Source: Asterionella formosa (lineage: Eukaryota). Taken from it: a DNA stretch of 64,000 bases. The stretch is from NCBI GenBank assembly GCA_002256025.1, contig NKIB01012180.1:1-64000 (forward strand), written 5' to 3'. This document shows positions 63,101 to 64,000 of the stretch, one piece after another (positions within the stretch are counted from its first letter, which is position 1; every line of letters begins with the position of its first letter). A program made the translations under genes and the position numbers. A model generated the notes under the pieces. It was not told the origin of the DNA and ran no database searches. It saw only the letters and a list, made by a program, of their open reading frames with translations.

Positions 63101-63485
63101 TCATTGGGACATGCCAGAGCAAAAGATCCTATGTGCTGCTACCAGGGCACCAGGTAGTTTGTTGTTAGTACCTGAAAACGACTTCTTCTACCGGTAGTAT
63201 TGGGTTCCCACAAAACCACCCCAGTGTACTGGTCACTGGTCACACTCCATGAATTTTGCAGAGTTCCTCATCATGGGCCTTCGTTCTATCATGATACCGG
63301 TACTGGTACAAGGTACGTTGTGCCGCCCTGGCGCCAATTATATTTGATCATATGTAGTCACTATCACTTTTGTCGGTCCACTCAACAACAGGTCCAGACA
63401 CACTATTATAGTGTTGCTGTCATCATATTATCATCATAGCATCGCACAAATATCATCGATTACTTCAGTTCGTAAAAGTCAGAAT

Positions 63486-63977
63486 ATGGCAGCCTATCAG
63501 GTCAGTTGGATGGGATGAGTGGACTCCTGGACTCCTTGTCGTTGTGTGCAGAGTCACATTACGCCTGGGACTTGTGACAACCGTTGTACTTTTATGAAAA
63601 TTTTCTTTTTGATTTGTTGTTGTTTCTGTTGTGGTTACATCCGGTCACTCGCTCACCCACTTATGAATGTTGAAAATGCAACTATTGAACAGCAATCCAA
63701 TGGAAACAACTCAGAATCAAGCAGAAAGGAAGAATTCCGGCGCTATCTGGAACGGACCCATGTCATTGATGTCCTGACCAAAGTATTGGTCGGCTTATAC
63801 GAGGAACCCGAGCGACCGACTAACGCCATTGAATACATTCGGAAATACATGGGTGCACCGCCAAATGTAGATGTAGAGTCGATAAAGAAAGAGAATGAAG
63901 AATTAAAGGCACAAGTCGAAAAGCTAACTAAGGAGTTGGAAGCGAGTAAATTCAAGGGGCAACAACTAACACTGTGA
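63486..63977 (+). CDS. MYCBP: c-Myc-binding protein (MYCBP/AMY-1) homologue, 2 exons
   Basis: Micro-exon ATGGCAGCCTATCAG 63486-63500, intron 63501-63692, then SRKEEFRRYLE..VIDVLTKVLVGLYEEPERP.NAIEYI and a coiled coil. Confidence 0.88.
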
Positions 63978-64000
63978 AAATGGAGTTAAGTGTGCATGTG

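Noticed and set aside
907..63439. Many short ORFs rich in VPGT/YQVP/WY, and antisense ORFs overlapping real genes
   Set aside because: They are translations of the palindrome arrays or shadow frames of genuine CDSs.
1..64000. Fanzor/TnpB or other RNA-guided nuclease locus
   Set aside because: No RuvC or HNH motif arrangement recognised in any ORF.

Overview
Eukaryotic nuclear DNA, almost certainly from a diatom (bipartite signal-peptide + 'AF' plastid presequences, a VDL1-type carotenoid gene, short GT-AG introns). Compact CpG-rich gene islands alternate with AT-rich, CpG-depleted blocks of decayed transposons. About 19 protein genes are supportable: three secretory-type PP2C paralogues, a HugZ/HOZ-like protein, a glycosyltransferase, an RCCR-like reductase, VDL1, a NAK kinase, glyoxalase I, a 4-exon DNMT3-like methyltransferase, eIF3L, SufS, an ATP synthase subunit f-like micro-gene missed by the ORF track, a MINDY deubiquitinase, MMAA, MYCBP and two hypotheticals. 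The most striking unexplained signal is dense arrays of short TA-flanked palindromes (TACCAGGTA/TACCTGGTA/TACCGGTA) upstream of nearly every gene. The window also holds TA-flanked elements ending CC(A/T)...(A/T)GG, and paralogous repeat copies that differ by such inserts. My inference is that the arrays are stacked transposon excision footprints. Two tRNA-Ala-headed SINE-like insertions (one with a perfect 16-bp target duplication), a TTAA-flanked Kolobok-like element and several other terminal-inverted-repeat (TIR) elements are also visible. Splice sites were read by eye and no database search was run.
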